DNA of 33,489 bases from Candidatus Dormiibacterota bacterium (GTDB lineage Bacteria; Chloroflexota; Dormibacteria; Aeolococcales; Bog-877), in assembly GCA_030038765.1 (NCBI GenBank), contig JASHRA010000022.1, positions 1-33,489 on the forward strand, read 5' to 3'. The translations under genes were made by a program, and so were the position numbers. Below are positions 32,710 to 33,489 of the stretch, one piece after another. Each line of letters opens with the position of its first letter. Position 1 is the stretch's first letter. The notes beneath the pieces were generated by a model that worked only from the letters and a program-made list of their open reading frames with translations, was not told the DNA's origin and ran no database searches.

Positions 32710-33489
32710 GTGCATCCCAGGCAGCCGACGGCGCTCGACGTCTACGCAGTCCTGGGGGTCGAGCCCTCGGCCAGCTGGACCGAGCTGCGACGCCGCTACC
32801 GGGCCCGCGCCCGCGAGCTCCACCCCGACGTCCAGGCCCACCGGCCCGGGCCCACCCGCCTCGACCCGGCCCGGGCCACCCGCCTCTTCAGCCGGCTCCA
32901 GGCCGCCTGGTCCCTGGTCGACACCCCGGAGCGGCGGGCCGCCTACGACCGCCAGCGCCTGGGCCGGGAGCTCTCCCCGAGGGCCCGGGTGCGTCCCCCC
33001 CGGGCCCCGGCCTGGAGCAGCGGCCCCTTCGCCGGGGTGCTGCTCCGCACCGGTCCCGGGAACCTCCACATCGCCATCCCGGGCGGGCCCTGGGACGTCT
33101 CCCTCAAGCAGTTCCTGGCCCGGGCCGAGGAGCTGGGCCGGCCGCCACTGCTGATCGGGGACCTGCCCCCCCACGCCTCCCTGCGCCAGGCCCTCCGCGC
33201 GGGCCAGTTCGTGGAGCGCCACCGCCTCACCACCATGGTCGGGCTGGAGCCGGCCGCCGAGCAGCGCGGCGAGGAGGAGCTGGACGACGAGGGCGAGTGG
33301 AAGCTGGCCCAGCTGGCGGAGGCCCTCCGGCGCTGGGGCACGGCCTTCCCCGAGCGCCGCCAGGAGCTCCCCTACGCCCGGGACCTGCGCCTCATGGGGG
33401 CGCTCTCGGTGGCCGGCTACCAGATCAACCTGCCCCACCCGGGCGGCCTCTACGAGGCCGTCGAGGGCGCCGCGCGCGACCGCCTCGAG
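32710..33489 (+). CDS. J-domain (DnaJ-like) protein, 3' end beyond the window
   Basis: The frame is open from 32662 to the window edge and is not in the track. GTG 32710 (or 32677) gives ...LDVYAVLGVEPSASWTELRRRYRARARELHPD with an HPD motif. The C-terminal region is unrecognised. Confidence 0.75.
   Translation, partial: MHPRQPTALDVYAVLGVEPSASWTELRRRYRARARELHPDVQAHRPGPTRLDPARATRLFSRLQAAWSLVDTPERRAAYDRQRLGRELSPRARVRPPRAPAWSSGPFAGVLLRTGPGNLHIAIPGGPWDVSLKQFLARAEELGRPPLLIGDLPPHASLRQALRAGQFVERHRLTTMVGLEPAAEQRGEEELDDEGEWKLAQLAEALRRWGTAFPERRQELPYARDLRLMGALSVAGYQINLPHPGGLYEAVEGAARDRLE

Noticed and set aside
28744-33438. Giant ORFs 28744..32661 (+, 1305 aa) and 31216..33438 (-, 740 aa)
   Set aside because: Each is real only at its 3' end (ccdA 31921-32661; secreted protein 31216-31758). 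The remainder runs antisense or out of frame through GT4, metG, ccdA and the J-domain gene, with low-complexity composition.
1-33489. CRISPR arrays, tandem repeats, IS elements, rRNA
   Set aside because: Reading through the window, I saw no regularly spaced repeats, terminal inverted repeats with a transposase, or rRNA-like conserved blocks. This is a visual inspection only; short dispersed repeats could have been missed.

Overview
Very GC-rich (about 70% or more by eye) bacterial chromosomal segment. HemQ-type heme synthesis, ThyX, frequent GTG/TTG starts and leaderless-looking genes suggest an actinobacterium-like monoderm lineage. I support about 42 protein genes, one tRNA-Phe(GAA) and one eroded catalase pseudogene. 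There is no rRNA, CRISPR array, transposase or integrase. Strand switches are frequent (10 convergent junctions) and packing is tight.

Main blocks, left to right:
- IscA-like carrier and DJ-1/PfpI protein.
- A minus-strand operon: MOSC, receiver-like protein, M20D amidohydrolase, Zn-ribbon protein, HemQ, ThyX.
- A second IscA-like gene, a YtxH-like pair, and a cold-shock gene coupled to an unknown protein.
- HhH repair-like protein.
- A sugar-oxidation-like cluster: PoxB-like TPP enzyme, small membrane protein, gluconate-2-DH subunit-3-like protein, GMC oxidoreductase, then divergently an aldose 1-epimerase and an enolase-superfamily enzyme.
- Catalase remnant and tRNA-Phe.
- Hybrid histidine kinase, single REC protein, REC-EAL protein.
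- AHL-lactonase-like MBL protein, aldo/keto reductase, secreted NodB deacetylase.
- ArdC-like protein plus a small unknown protein, MarR, an orphan ECF sigma factor, and a ~350-bp low-GC spacer.
- An envelope module: unknown Cys/His protein, LPG-synthase-TM-like protein, tiny membrane protein, GT4.
- MetG, a secreted 2-Cys protein, CcdA, and a J-domain protein.

Most worth a second look:
- The low-GC spacer with a 10-bp inverted repeat and an ECF-type promoter, next to an orphan ECF sigma and a possible non-canonical soluble anti-sigma factor.
- An ArdC-like gene with no stop codon, which runs ~790 nt antisense through the neighbouring deacetylase gene.
- A multiply deleted catalase remnant beside tRNA-Phe.
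- Four convergent junctions that all share the palindrome CTAG as overlapping stop codons.

I did not recognise any complete, clearly novel multi-gene system. All family calls come from motif recognition by eye, not from searches.
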